Translations under genes and position numbers: made by a program
In this document: piece by piece, positions 53,235 to 64,000 of the stretch
Numbering within the stretch: position 1 is the stretch's first letter
How the letters are laid out: each line of letters starts with the position of its first letter
NCBI GenBank assembly: GCA_019828565.1
Contig: JAHDYR010000008.1
Coordinates: 62,001-126,000 of the forward strand
From: Carpediemonas membranifera BICM
Lineage: Eukaryota > Protista > Fornicata
Direction: 5' to 3'
DNA length: 64,000 nucleotides
Notes under the pieces: generated by a model
What the model saw: the letters and a program-made list of their open reading frames with translations, nothing else
What the model was told of the DNA's origin: nothing
The model's database searches: none

Positions 53235-56200
53235 ATGGGAGAAACTGGAAGGCCTGGACGGAGACCTCACCCGGATATGTACATGTGGCCCGACTTTCGG
53301 ACCCAAAAATTCCGACCCAGTTTATGGACTAGGAAAAGGGGAGAAATTTTGCACTCAACAATGCAGGTAGAAATACCGACAAGGATCAGGGATTCCACGC
53401 AGAAGCAGTGGGAGGACATCAGGGAACTACTGGACAGCTTCCTCGCTGAAAGGAACGATTCAAGGACTCTACTTCTTCGTAGAACAGGCAAGTTTACAGG
53501 AAAGTCGCTCAATGCGAACTCCAAAGGACGCAAGGAAGTAATCATGAACGCCAGACGCATCCTCTTCGCAACCGGCGTCACTGACAACAAGGACATCATC
53601 CTCAGGAACCCATGCGGCATCCACGGCCTCCGCGACCTTTTCTACATGCTCACAGAGGCGCTCAACCCCAGAGACGAGGAAGCAAAGGACATGGCACAGG
53701 CACTGGAGCCCAAGACGCTGAAAGCGGGCTTCACTGGCATGGCAAGATGGCCATCTGAGAAGGACATCGAGACGGCGATCCTCAAGCCGAAGGAAGATGG
53801 GCCCATCGAATGGGATGTAGACAGGGACAGCGTCAAGAAGGCCGAAGGGTCGTTCATACTGGTATCAGGGGCTCATGGAGACGAGGCCGTAGAAGGCGTG
53901 CCTTACGACAAGGTATGGGATCCGGCAAACCAAGGCCCGGTCACCAGAGTGGCCTACGAGCAAGAGGACGGCAAGTACACGGTCATCCTAGAGCTAAGCG
54001 ACACGTCAGCATGGTCCATCAGCCGCTTCATGGAGGAGGCTAGGGACATCCTCAGGCTTCAGGCACCGGAGGCCCCGGCCATATGGCAGGCAGCATGGAA
54101 CAAGTCAGGGATCTACCTGAAGGGCAGAACCAATATCCTGGGCGAAGGGGAGGAGACCCCCCTTAGCAACGAGCCGCCGTTCCGGAAGGTGAGGCTGGAA
54201 GTGCTCAAGGCCACCTCGGTCCGCAGCAATAGGGACGAACATGCCGATCTGGACAGGTCGTCCGCTAGCACGGTCATCGACGGAGACGAGGAGCAACATG
54301 TCAAGGACAAGGAGGAACGACGCCAGCAGGCCACCATGCCCGGCAGAAGAAGCCTCGACGACAGCCTCCTGGAAGTGAACAAGGACATGGTCGGGGCCAA
54401 CCAAGGCAAGATCGACCAGGACGAGGAGGTCGACTCAAACAAGGTCAGCAGCCAGCCGCCGAGGATGCCTAGAAAGGACAAGGAGAAACGGCTGGTGATC
54501 GGAGCCATCGACTTCGAGTGCGCAGACCCTGGCGTCAAGAAGGCAGGGATCCCTGCCATCCCGGTTGAGGGCGGGATCGTACTCTTTGACCTCAGCACTG
54601 GGGACATTCTTGGACACGGGCATGGCCTGTATTACCAGGACATACCGGCAGCAAGCATGGACCAAGCGAGGTACACGGCATGGGCAGTGACGGGGCTGCC
54701 GCCGGCCACCTTCGTGGAGGTCGGGACGGGGCGGCCGCCGATCGAGTATGAGAAGCACATACATACTTTCAGGGACTGGGCCAACCGCCTGGCGGCTCAG
54801 CTGGCAAGGATCGAAAGGTCGGAGGGCTGGAAGATAATCATGTATGCAAAGGGGGTGGAGATGGAAAGCTTCCTCCTCACGAACCCCACAAATGGACTGG
54901 AGCAAGGAACCAGGGAATTCTTCCAAGCTAGGCTGGTGGACGAGAAGAAGCTACCAGAGATCCTGGAGAACAACGGCAAGGGAGGAGGCTGGCCAAAACC
55001 TCAGGGACAACCTCGACAAGGCCAACTACCTGGAAGCAGTAACAACATGGTCAAATGGATGGCAGAACAGGAGCGAGCCCAAGGGAGTCTGTCCGTACCA
55101 CAGACACACCGCGGGTTGCTACCACTGTGGGTTGGCGGATACAGTAGTCTTCACAGCCAGGATCAGGGCCCTATGCAAGGAGAGGATGAGCACCCCAGAC
55201 GTCTACCACTACATGGGTAAGGCACTCGACAAGACCATGGAAGCAGTCGGGAAGGCGGAGCCGGGCATGGATATCATGGGAGGCCCGGAATTCGCGACAA
55301 GGAGGGACACCTTTGAGATCTTCGGCACGTACCCGATCGGGGACGCAAGGGACGTCAGCAGGGAAGTCGGCGACAGGATCCTCGTAGTCCCGGACAACGG
55401 ACACCGCTTCGGCATCGGCTTCGGGTTCGGGGAGGTTCTGTTGGGCATGAAGGGCATCTTACTGGCCCCCCTCACAATCATGGACAACGAAGGAGTGCTG
55501 GAGAGAAGCCCACTATGGACCATCATGGAAAGAGCCACGGCTAACCAGCTCCGCATGGTACGCGTCAGGAAGGGCCTAGGGGCAGCAAGGGAGGAGGACA
55601 TCATAACCATGGCCATGCTATACGAGTGGTGGCCCTCGAAGGAGGCTACGGCTCATCAAGGAGTCTGGGGCTGCGACGACCTAGCAGAGAGCCTCAGGGA
55701 CTATGAGAAGGTCATAGTCAACGTCAAGGCCCCCAGGAACAGGGGTAGGATCACCCTAGGGGCGAGCTTCATCCCGAGAGACTGGGGCATGGTCAGGGTC
55801 AGCGAGGCTGGGACCATCCTAAGCCGCATGCGCAAGGAAGGGGCCAGACTAGTCTCGGCAGCTATCCCGGACGAGCCCAGAGCCAACACAGTCAATGTCC
55901 CAGGCATCACGTATGTCCCCACCATCGACGGAAAGTCCGAACAGCCATACCAAAGTAGGTTCTTCGACAACGGCCTGGAGGAAAAGGCGAGGCGGATTAG
56001 CACCAGGATGGTGGGCAGGCACTTCTGTGATCTTGTCGAGGTTAAAGGTTTCAAAACAAACTGTTTATAGGGTTCGCACGTGTAGTTGGTACCCTAAACT
56101 GCTCACACTTCCCCTCTAAAGGTGCAGCTCCGGGTGAGCCTCGGCATAAATGTCGAGGGCTTCGAGGTCGCGGACCTCGTGGTACGGGAGCCACTCATCG

Positions 56201-59200
56201 GCGCCTGGGTAGCCATCCCAGGCGACGAGGAATTCGAGGGTAGACTTCGTGGGGCCACCACGGTGGCGGGTGATGGCCTCGACTTCGTAGGTGTCGTCGT
56301 CAAGGGAGGCGACGGTGATGTCATCGAAGGCCAGGGAGTCGTCGTACTCCACGAGCCGGGAACCGTGATACTGGAAGGTGGCGCCGGCAGTGGGGTTGTG
56401 TACGGTGTAGATGTCGTGCTCGCGGTCAGTGATCGTGTATGGGCCAACGAGCTTAGTAGACAGCTTGGTGGGGCGCTTCGAAGGGCGCGTGACAAGCACC
56501 TTCGAGCCAATAGGAAGGGGCTCGTCGCCGAAAGCCGGACGTTTCGAGAGGACGTTCTCTTGGTGCTGGCGTGCTGTCTCAATGAGCTTGGGCTGGGCCT
56601 GGAGAACACGGCTAAAGAAGCGGCCGTATTCACTCTTCTCCTCCTCAACGTGGGCGTCGGACGACAGGAAGGGGGTGACGTTCTGTGAAGCGAACATGAG
56701 CTGTGCGGGGGCAATGCCCGTGGTGGCACATATCGTGGTGTTCATGATCCGCTGGACGACTGGGAGGTAAAGGGACCAGTTGTTAACGTCGCGCAGCTCC
56801 TGAGTGATGGTACGTAGGTGTCGTGAGAGCTCGGCGTTAGCTCTTTCGACGAGCCCGTTGGCTCTGGGGTGGTATGGAAGCGAGACAACGTGTTGGGCGC
56901 CGAAGAGCTTAATGAGCTGTTGGAAAGCGGTGGCAAGGTACTGAGAACCGCGATCACTTCGGAAAGAAGACGGAGTACCGTAGCGTCCCGTGACGGAGAT
57001 AAGAGCGCGAAGGGCCTCTGCAGAAGAAGCATCCTTGCATGGGACCAGCTCTACGAAGCGTGTGAAGGTGTCAATGAAGGTGATAACGTAGCGGCATCCG
57101 TTGGAGTCTGCAGGATAAGGCCCGACCGTATCAAACGCCCAGCAGGAGCGTGGGGTGACGCCCATGGTAGGGCGGAGGCCTGTCTGAAGGCGCTTGGGAA
57201 GTCTGGCGTTCTTCTGACATATCGGGCAAGCCTTGATATACTCGGCGACAGCGTTGCTCATTCCACGGAAGTCAAGGTTTCGTTCCTTAAGGAGGCGGAG
57301 TGTAGCCTCTCGGCCGAGGTGTCCCTCGACGGCATTGTGGACAGAGGCTATGATAAGTCGCTGGAGTGTAGGGGCATTCTCGGGGGGTTGGACGATGAAG
57401 CACCTGGATATGCCATCAGTGAGGGTGTTGGAGACGCCAGAGATGTGTTCAACGACAAAGTCGAACTCTTGGAGTCTGAGGTTCCAGCGGACGACCTTGG
57501 GTGTGGTAGAACGGCGCATATAAACTAGGTTACGGTGGTCTGTCTGTATAGCGAACGAGTGGCCGAGGAGATAGGGGAGTACTTCTCGACAACCGCGAAG
57601 AAGATGCCGAAGGCTTCCTTTTCGATGACAGCCCAGTTGCGCTCTGCGGTGGTGAATGCGTGGCTACAGTAGGAGACTACGTGTTCAACGCCATCCTTGA
57701 CGTTGAGGAGCACGCCTCCACAGCCAATGTCGCTAGCATCGGTGCGAACGATAATTGGGGCAGAGTAGTCCAGGAAGGCTAAACACGGCGTGTGGGCGGC
57801 GAGGTTCTTGCTCTCTTCGAAAGCAGTCTGGGCCTCCTTTGTCCATTTCCACCGGACCTTCCCAGAGGTGAGGGCGTATAGTGGCTGTAGGATCGAGCTG
57901 AGGTTGGGGATGAACCTACGGAAATAATTCATCGCTCCACAGAAGGCCCGCGTGGTCTTGATGTCCTTAGGAGGAGCCATGGCCTGAACGGCCTTGACCC
58001 GGGCGGGGGACATGCGGATTCCCTCGGGGGAGATGATATGGCCGAGGTATTCCACCTGCTCAGCGTACAGACAGCACTTGCTGGGATGAAGGACGAAGCG
58101 ATGTTCCTTGAGAACGGCAAGGATCTCAGCTAGGCGTGTAGCTAGTTCGTCCGTGGTTGATGCGTGAATGATGATGTCGTCTATGAAGACCTCGCACGTA
58201 GTTCCGACAAACTTGGAGAGCAATTGGGTCATGATGGCCTGGAAGGTAGCAGGAGCCGTTTTGACGCCAAATGGAACGCGCGTATACTCATAAAGGCCGG
58301 TTGGAGTTGAAAACGCGGTTATCGGAATGGAACTTTCGGACAGTGGGATCTGGTGGTATCCACTAACGAGATCTAACGTCGCAAAGCAACGTTGGCCTGC
58401 GAGATGCGACATCAGCTCTTCTTGGTGTGCAAGTGGGAAACTGACTTGCTTGATGCGATCATTCGCCTGACGGTAGTCCACGACGAGGCGGCGGGCACCG
58501 CCCTTTTTGGGGACAGTAAAGACGGGTGCAGCCCAGGGAGAGCGTGAGGGGCGGACGATTCCTTGAGCAAGGAGCTCGTTCACCTGGTCATCAACCTCCT
58601 GCTGGATTGCAGGGGATAGACGACGCGGCGGTTGAGCAGCCGGTGTGGCGCCCTCAAGCAGCTCTATCTCCATAGGGGGAACGTCTGCTCCGTCTGGGTG
58701 GGGACGGCTGGTGAAGACTTCGGCATACTCATCATAGACGGCTCTGATGGCTGGCGGGAGGGCAGACGCGGTTGAACCTACGTCAGGGAGCTGCTCTCCT
58801 TCATCTAGGCGAGTGACGGGTGCGTGATCCTCATCGATCGTCTCCTCATCGGCCGTTGGGGGCCAAGGAGAGGGAGAGATCTTGGATAGTGGAGTTTGAG
58901 AGGATCAGATCCTCCGACATAGAGGGGAGGATGTAGAATGGCCGAATGGAGCGAACGCCATCAATGAGCATGGCAAGGAACACAGCTCTCTTGATGAAAA
59001 CTGGACCGTTCGCGGTATCCAAACGAACGTTAGCGACGGCTGGAAGAGCGCCACGTTGGATAAATGATTCGGCTATCGTGGGGGAGATGAGGTCAATAGT
59101 TGCACCAGTATCAAGTACTGCACAGACCTCTGTGGCAGTACTCTCGTTGATGGGAACATAGAGAGTGGCTTGGCGACAGATGAGGCCGTCGTGATCAGTG

Positions 59201-60778
59201 GCGGCCAGATTCGCCTTTTCGCGCTTGACTGGCGGACCCTGGATGGGAGTCTTGCGCACGCCAGAGCGGAAGAAATCTCTGTGTCCTTGATAGGGACAGT
59301 TGGGGCGGATGTGGCCCGTATGGCCACAGCCGTGGCAGGGGCAGACGATCGTTGGGGTAGTCTAGCCCCAGCGGCGGCGCCGGGAGTCGGGCGCTTACCA
59401 GCTGGCTGGGCCGGTTCCGGCTGCAGGAGCGACTGGAGGTTAAGGAGTTCCTCCAGTTCATCAATGGCGTGGTCCTGCGCCTCTGCGACGTCATCTGGCT
59501 GCTCCATGCGGATACGCTCCGCAAGAGGATCTGGAAGTGCCTGCAGGTATGCCTTCACCATTAGCTTCTCTGGTGGTGTGACGTCGGCTGTGAACGAGCT
59601 CCGGATAGTTTCGAAGCGTTCGATATGGTTGAGAAGCTGTGCAGGCGTTGATAAGGGGCCCGTTCGGGCGCACCGCAGCGACTTCAGCTTGGCTAGTGCT
59701 TGAACGTTACTGCGGGGGCTATAGAATGTTTGGTAGACTGTGTCCAAGACAGTATCCGCCGGAAGATCGGCCGGATTGTCGTTGAGACGGCGTGTGATGA
59801 GAAGAAGAGGCGTAGGATCCATCAGGGCAGTCGGATGGAGAAGAGGATCGTCAAGGCGTTGAGCTCGGTACGCACGGTAGGACGATCGGAACTTGGTGAA
59901 CGCCTGTTCTTCTAGTGTTAGTAAGAAAGGTCTTGGTATGTAGTCGGACATTAGATGAGTGTACACTGTGATCTTGTCGAGGTTAAAGGTTTCAAAACAA
60001 ACTGTTTATAGGGTTCGCACGTGTAGTTGGTACCCTAAACTGCTCACACTTCGGCCAGGACGCGGATCAAGGACATCACGACCAGCATGGAGACAGGGAA
60101 GAGGACAGAAGGGTAGGACACGGAGCCGGCGGTAGAGCTGGTGTCAGAGCTGACGACAGAACCGGCGACAGAGCTGGTAACATGAACAAGACCTCGGATC
60201 GTAACCACGGAGGAGACGACAGGGAGAGACAGGACAACACGGGAACGCAGATGAGAGGCTCGTTCAGCGGGAACACCTGGGCCGGTAGAGGCTCAGAGGG
60301 AGGCATGGACAACAGCAAGGATCACTCTTCCTCCACGACGCTCAAGCGCAAGGAGGGCAGCACGAGTAGGATCATGGACTCGGACAGCGGAAAGAGAAGC
60401 AGGCACGAAGAGGACATGGACTGGGAGTCTGGAAGCAGACAGGCAACCGGCATGGACTCGGAGAAGCTGCGGCTCCGAAAGCAGTTGGCAGAGGCGCAAC
60501 AAGAGATCTCAGCGCTCAAGGCTGCCCGACTCATGCAAGAGCAAGGCCACGGAAGGTTGGTGCTCTCCGGCGTCGCGACTAAGCCCAGCAAGGAGAAGCC
60601 CACGATCCCCCGGCACAAGCACAAGAAGGCTAAGAAGGCCAAGCAGATCTCACCCATGGACCTGATGACCCAGTTCATCACGGTAATGCAGAGTCTACAA
60701 GGACAGCAAGTGAGTCAGGCCGAGGACAGCTGCAGCGGCAGTGGGGGAGTCCACGGAGGAGGAGTAAGGACATGGTAA
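53235..60778 (+). CDS. Non-LTR element ORF1 (53235-56025 + 60053-60778 after removing G3; frameshift near 54980) containing a Maelstrom-like domain
   Basis: Removing G3 and one TSD copy restores the frame MVGRHF|GQDADQG...MNKTSD. MAEL-like motifs at 54490-55170. Confidence 0.75.
56026..60048 (-). mobile_element. G3: chromodomain Ty3/Gypsy element with 82-bp LTRs and 4-bp TSD (CTTC)
   Basis: Identical TGTGA..TCACA LTRs at 56026-56107 and 59967-60048; CTTC at 56022-56025 and 60049-60052; PPT AGAGGGGAAG at 56108-56117. Confidence 0.95.
56116..59951 (-). CDS. G3 Gag-Pol (at least 3 frameshifts, near 59350, 58850 and 57560)
   Basis: CHGCGHTGHIRPNC knuckle, VLDTGA protease, LDLVSGYHQ, FIDD, TDAS, GHLG..CPICQ, SDRGSQY, HPRANGLVER, YEVEAITRHR..LVAWDGY chromodomain. 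Confidence 0.88.
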
Positions 60779-61099
60779 AGCAGTATTCTTTCAAGGAACA
60801 AGCAACATTTTCTTTTATAATTCACAAGCCCTGGCTCCCACCCAGGGCCCGGCATTAGCTGAAATGCACTGCCGGTAGGCTGTAGCGGCAGCCAAAGGGG
60901 GGTCACGTCATATCGTCCCCCTCCTAAGTACCCTGCCCGAAGAATGGAAGGTCACCAGGTGGTAACAAGGTTGGCCTGACAAGGGTCACCGAGACCGGCA
61001 TCTAGGCCCCTTGTCAGGACAAGGATAGCAGGAGAGGAGCGGGAAGCTGGGGCTCCCAAATTCTGGGAATTCGCAGGATAAGGAAACAGGACAAAGGCA

Positions 61100-62590
61100 A
61101 TGGTAACCTACAAGATACTTAGTCTGAACACAGAGGGACACATAGGAAGAGGAAAGGACTTCACGGCGTCTATGGCAACGGCGATTCAGCTAAGGTTGAA
61201 GGACATAGAGGCAGTACTCATACAAGAGACATGGAGAACGGCGAATACGAGGGTTCATTGCTTCATGGACCTTGACTACGCACTAGCAGGGAGGGAGACG
61301 GAAGAGGACCTGGTCTTAGCCAACGAAAAACGAAAGGCGGATGTCAAAAGTCAGCACCGCATCAACCGACAACTAGGCATAGCAGGCAATGACGAACCTG
61401 CGCCAAGATGGAAGGGAACAAGGGAAGGCATCGGCACGATAGTGAGCCCACACGCAACTGCAAAGTGGGACATCGGCATATCGGACAGCCTATCGGGAAG
61501 AGTGCAAGCCAGCATAATGAGAACCGGCAGGGACATACTAGTCATCAACGTGTATGGCCCTCCATCCGGCCACAGCAAGCAGGAGAAGGATGGATTCAGG
61601 GACACTATACAGAAGATCATGGACATGAAAGGGAGCATGGAGGCCATAATTATGGGAGACTGGAACATCGACCCAGGCCAGATGGAAAGATCCACCCGGT
61701 GGAAGGATATGATGGAGAAGCACAGGCTCAAAGCCATCATACCCAAGTCTGGGACACTCACATCAGGAACATCAACCCCGGACTTTGCAGTGACAACACC
61801 AGGAATCCAGGGGCGGAGATTGAGGTGGTAGAGTCTCAGAAGGTCGGGGTATGGGGCTCAGCACACAATGGAATCACACTAGCATGGAAGGAACAACGGT
61901 ACTATGGCAGAAGTGAGCGAGACGTGGCTCTGGCCATACCCGAGGTGCACACCTGGCCCATGAAAAAGAAGGAGGGGCCAGTCACAGTCTCAAAGCTGAA
62001 CAGGATCAAGAGCTCGGACCAATGGGAAGAGACTATAAGAGCATGCATGGGCGACCCAGTGAACAACAGGGGAGCAAAGGCAAGGGACAAAGTGTTCGGG
62101 AACGGAGTGTGGAGCGAACTCCAGCGAACCCCATGGACAGAAATAGGCAACAGGACCTATGAGAGCCATCACAGAGCTGGCCCAAGGCGCTGACCTGAAG
62201 AGAGAAATTAGCAGACTATGCCCCCTATGCTCGGAGGAGTCGGAGGTGAGCCTGTTCTACAGGATCATTAGGGAAAAGCCAGGACCAGCAAGGAAGCAGG
62301 AAATGATCAGGGAGTGGGCAGAGGGCCAGAGGCTAGGATCGGCAGCGCACATAATCTGTGAATGCCCGGCAGTAGACAGGGGAGAAGCTTGGACAAAGCT
62401 GTGGACAGCAGCGAAGCACAAAACTAAGGACTTGGAAGTAAGGCAGGGCCCCCAGGGCGAATGGTACCAGGAAAGACCCATCCTAGAATTACAGCAACTA
62501 ATAATATGGGGCTCGGAGGACATTTGGGAAGGCCTCACGGCAGGACTACGGGAACTGGCAAAGGTTTACAACAGCTTCAAGGTGGAATAG
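61100..62590 (+). CDS. Non-LTR ORF2: APE endonuclease joined almost directly to a C-terminal CCHC finger (frameshifts near 61815 and 62160); RT absent
   Basis: ILSLNTEG, LIQETW, VINVYGP, IMGDWN, TPDFAV, SAH (SDH-like), then CPLC...SAAHIICEC. Confidence 0.8.
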
Positions 62591-63518
62591 AAGCATGTCA
62601 TGAACCCCTGACTCCAGGACCGGGAAGGGATGGACAAGGAATCAGCCATGGACCACCCTCGCTGGTGCTAAGCTCCTGGGATCAGTGAGGAAAGGCCCCA
62701 CGTATCCCGGTAGCCAGGAACCAAAGCAAGGGAAGGAACGACTGCAAGGAAATAACAGGAAGGACAGACCAGAAATAAGAAAGAAAGGACATGCGACAAG
62801 GACAGAGCAAGGATAAGGTCAAGGAAATCCATATTCATATGGTTGCACCACTCGTTGGGACCCCAAGGAAACTGCAGGGACTGGCCACGGGGGTCGGAGG
62901 GGCACAGGTGCCCCTGCCGCCCTTGTTAACGACATGGGAAACCAAGGACATGTAGTGCAAGCGAAATGTTGTAAGGGGTAACAGGACAACCAGGCCTAGT
63001 GCCTGGGGGTACACCACCCATGCCCTGACCCACGCCACCTAACCGGGGTAGACAGCATGGACTTAGTCACTTTCCCCGCCTTCGGGTAGGCTTCTTAACA
63101 GAGTCGAGGGGGCATGGAATTGGGGAACCGGACAGACGAGAGGGTGCCGTGGCTGAACGGCTCTGCAAGGACTGCAGGGAAGCAAGGAGTGTCATAGTCA
63201 AGGTTCTGCAGGACGATCCTGCCTGTCAATGCCCCGAGGACAGACCCCCAGGCTCCCCGGATAGTTGCCGGACTTTCAGGGAGACAGGAAAGCATATTTG
63301 CACGGAGATGGCCGCAGGGCCTCTGGGGCGATTGGAATCGGCTTTCCGCGGAGACAGTAGCACCGAAAGCCCAAGGCAAACGCTGCTGACCAGTTTGCCA
63401 CGGGAAATAGGCAGTACCCCGGGGCACTCAGCTCCAAGACAACGGGAAACAAGCTCAGTCCGGGGTCAGAATCCAAGCACCATAAATTTATTTATTATTA
63501 TTTCTTCACATCTCGCAG

Positions 63519-64000
63519 CAGATGCGTCGCCAGCTCAACAGCTGGCTAGCGCTGCTCAGAGATCGTCCATCCAGACCCTTCGCTCAGGCCAGGGCAGACT
63601 GGGAGATCAAGGACGAACTCCAGCTCTCGGTCGCATCCGACGCGTCCTCCTTCGCGTGGGGCGCCTGCCTATTCAACGGCGACCAGGGCCGCTCGGCTCA
63701 AGGCCGCTTTCCTCCCGAGTTCCGAGACTCTCATATCGGAGTCAAGGAGCTCTACGCGATTGGCCAGGCTATCAAGCTCACCCCAACCCAGCGCACCAGG
63801 ACCCAACTAGCTATCTTTTCGGACAACACCGCGGCCATCGCATGGGTCAACCGCCAGGGCTCCCCATGTCTCGCCGACACGGCCATTCGACTCCTGCAGG
63901 ATATCTTCACCACGGCGAACACGAAGAATGTCGATATTCACTGCTTCCATATCGCAGGGCACCTCAATGTCCAGGCGGACCGGCTGTCGAGATTCGCAAA
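63519..64000 (+). CDS. YR2 RT/RNase H continuation (partial)
   Basis: VASDASSFAWG, HIGVKELYAI, IFSDN, HIAGHLNVQADRLSRF; collinear with YR1. Confidence 0.9.

Larger units (their letters stand above)
52764..63503 (+). mobile_element. Non-LTR (APE-type) retroelement, about 6.7 kb excluding nested G3, with 15-bp TSD and no RT
   Basis: TSD CTTCACATCTCGCAG at 52749-52763 and 63504-63518; 3' tail ATAAATTTATTTATTATTATTT; APE ORF; strong purine skew on the + strand. Confidence 0.85.
46270..64000 (+). mobile_element. YR2: second, diverged PAT-like YR retrotransposon arranged A-spacer-B-A-gag-RT; interrupted by G2 and the non-LTR element; runs off the window
   Basis: A copies at 46270-46352+50882-50959 and 51115-51275 (161 bp each); B-like 51069-51114; gag 51240-51794; RT 51821-52763 resuming at 63519. 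Confidence 0.88.

Overview
Eukaryotic, gene-dense, GC-rich protist DNA. The 28-37 nt spliceosomal introns ending in ..CACAG/..CGCAG, flagellar genes and bacterial-type enzymes suggest a free-living metamonad/fornicate-like flagellate (inference). Bases 1-37,000 hold about 15 host genes: an IFT139/TTC21-like TPR protein, NSA2, a CH-SAH-BCH protein, CDC20, a LAMMER kinase, an axonemal dynein heavy chain, an EED/ESC-like WD40 protein, two cathepsin B-like genes and three probable bacterial LGT enzymes. Bases 37,937-64,000 are a nested retroelement cluster around a tRNA-Arg(CCG) gene. It contains two PAT-like tyrosine-recombinase (YR) retrotransposons with split direct repeats, three chromodomain Ty3/Gypsy elements and a 6.7-kb non-LTR element with a 15-bp TSD. 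Top findings: (1) the three divergent Gypsy elements have only 53-82 bp LTRs, and each has a perfect palindrome abutting the 5' LTR where a tRNA primer-binding site should be, suggesting an undescribed tRNA-independent priming mode; (2) the non-LTR element encodes a Maelstrom-like DEDDh/ECHC nuclease domain in ORF1 and an APE ORF2 with no RT; (3) in both YR elements a G-run at the end of gag leads into three different frames (gag stop, RT, YR). All domain calls are by eye, not from database searches.
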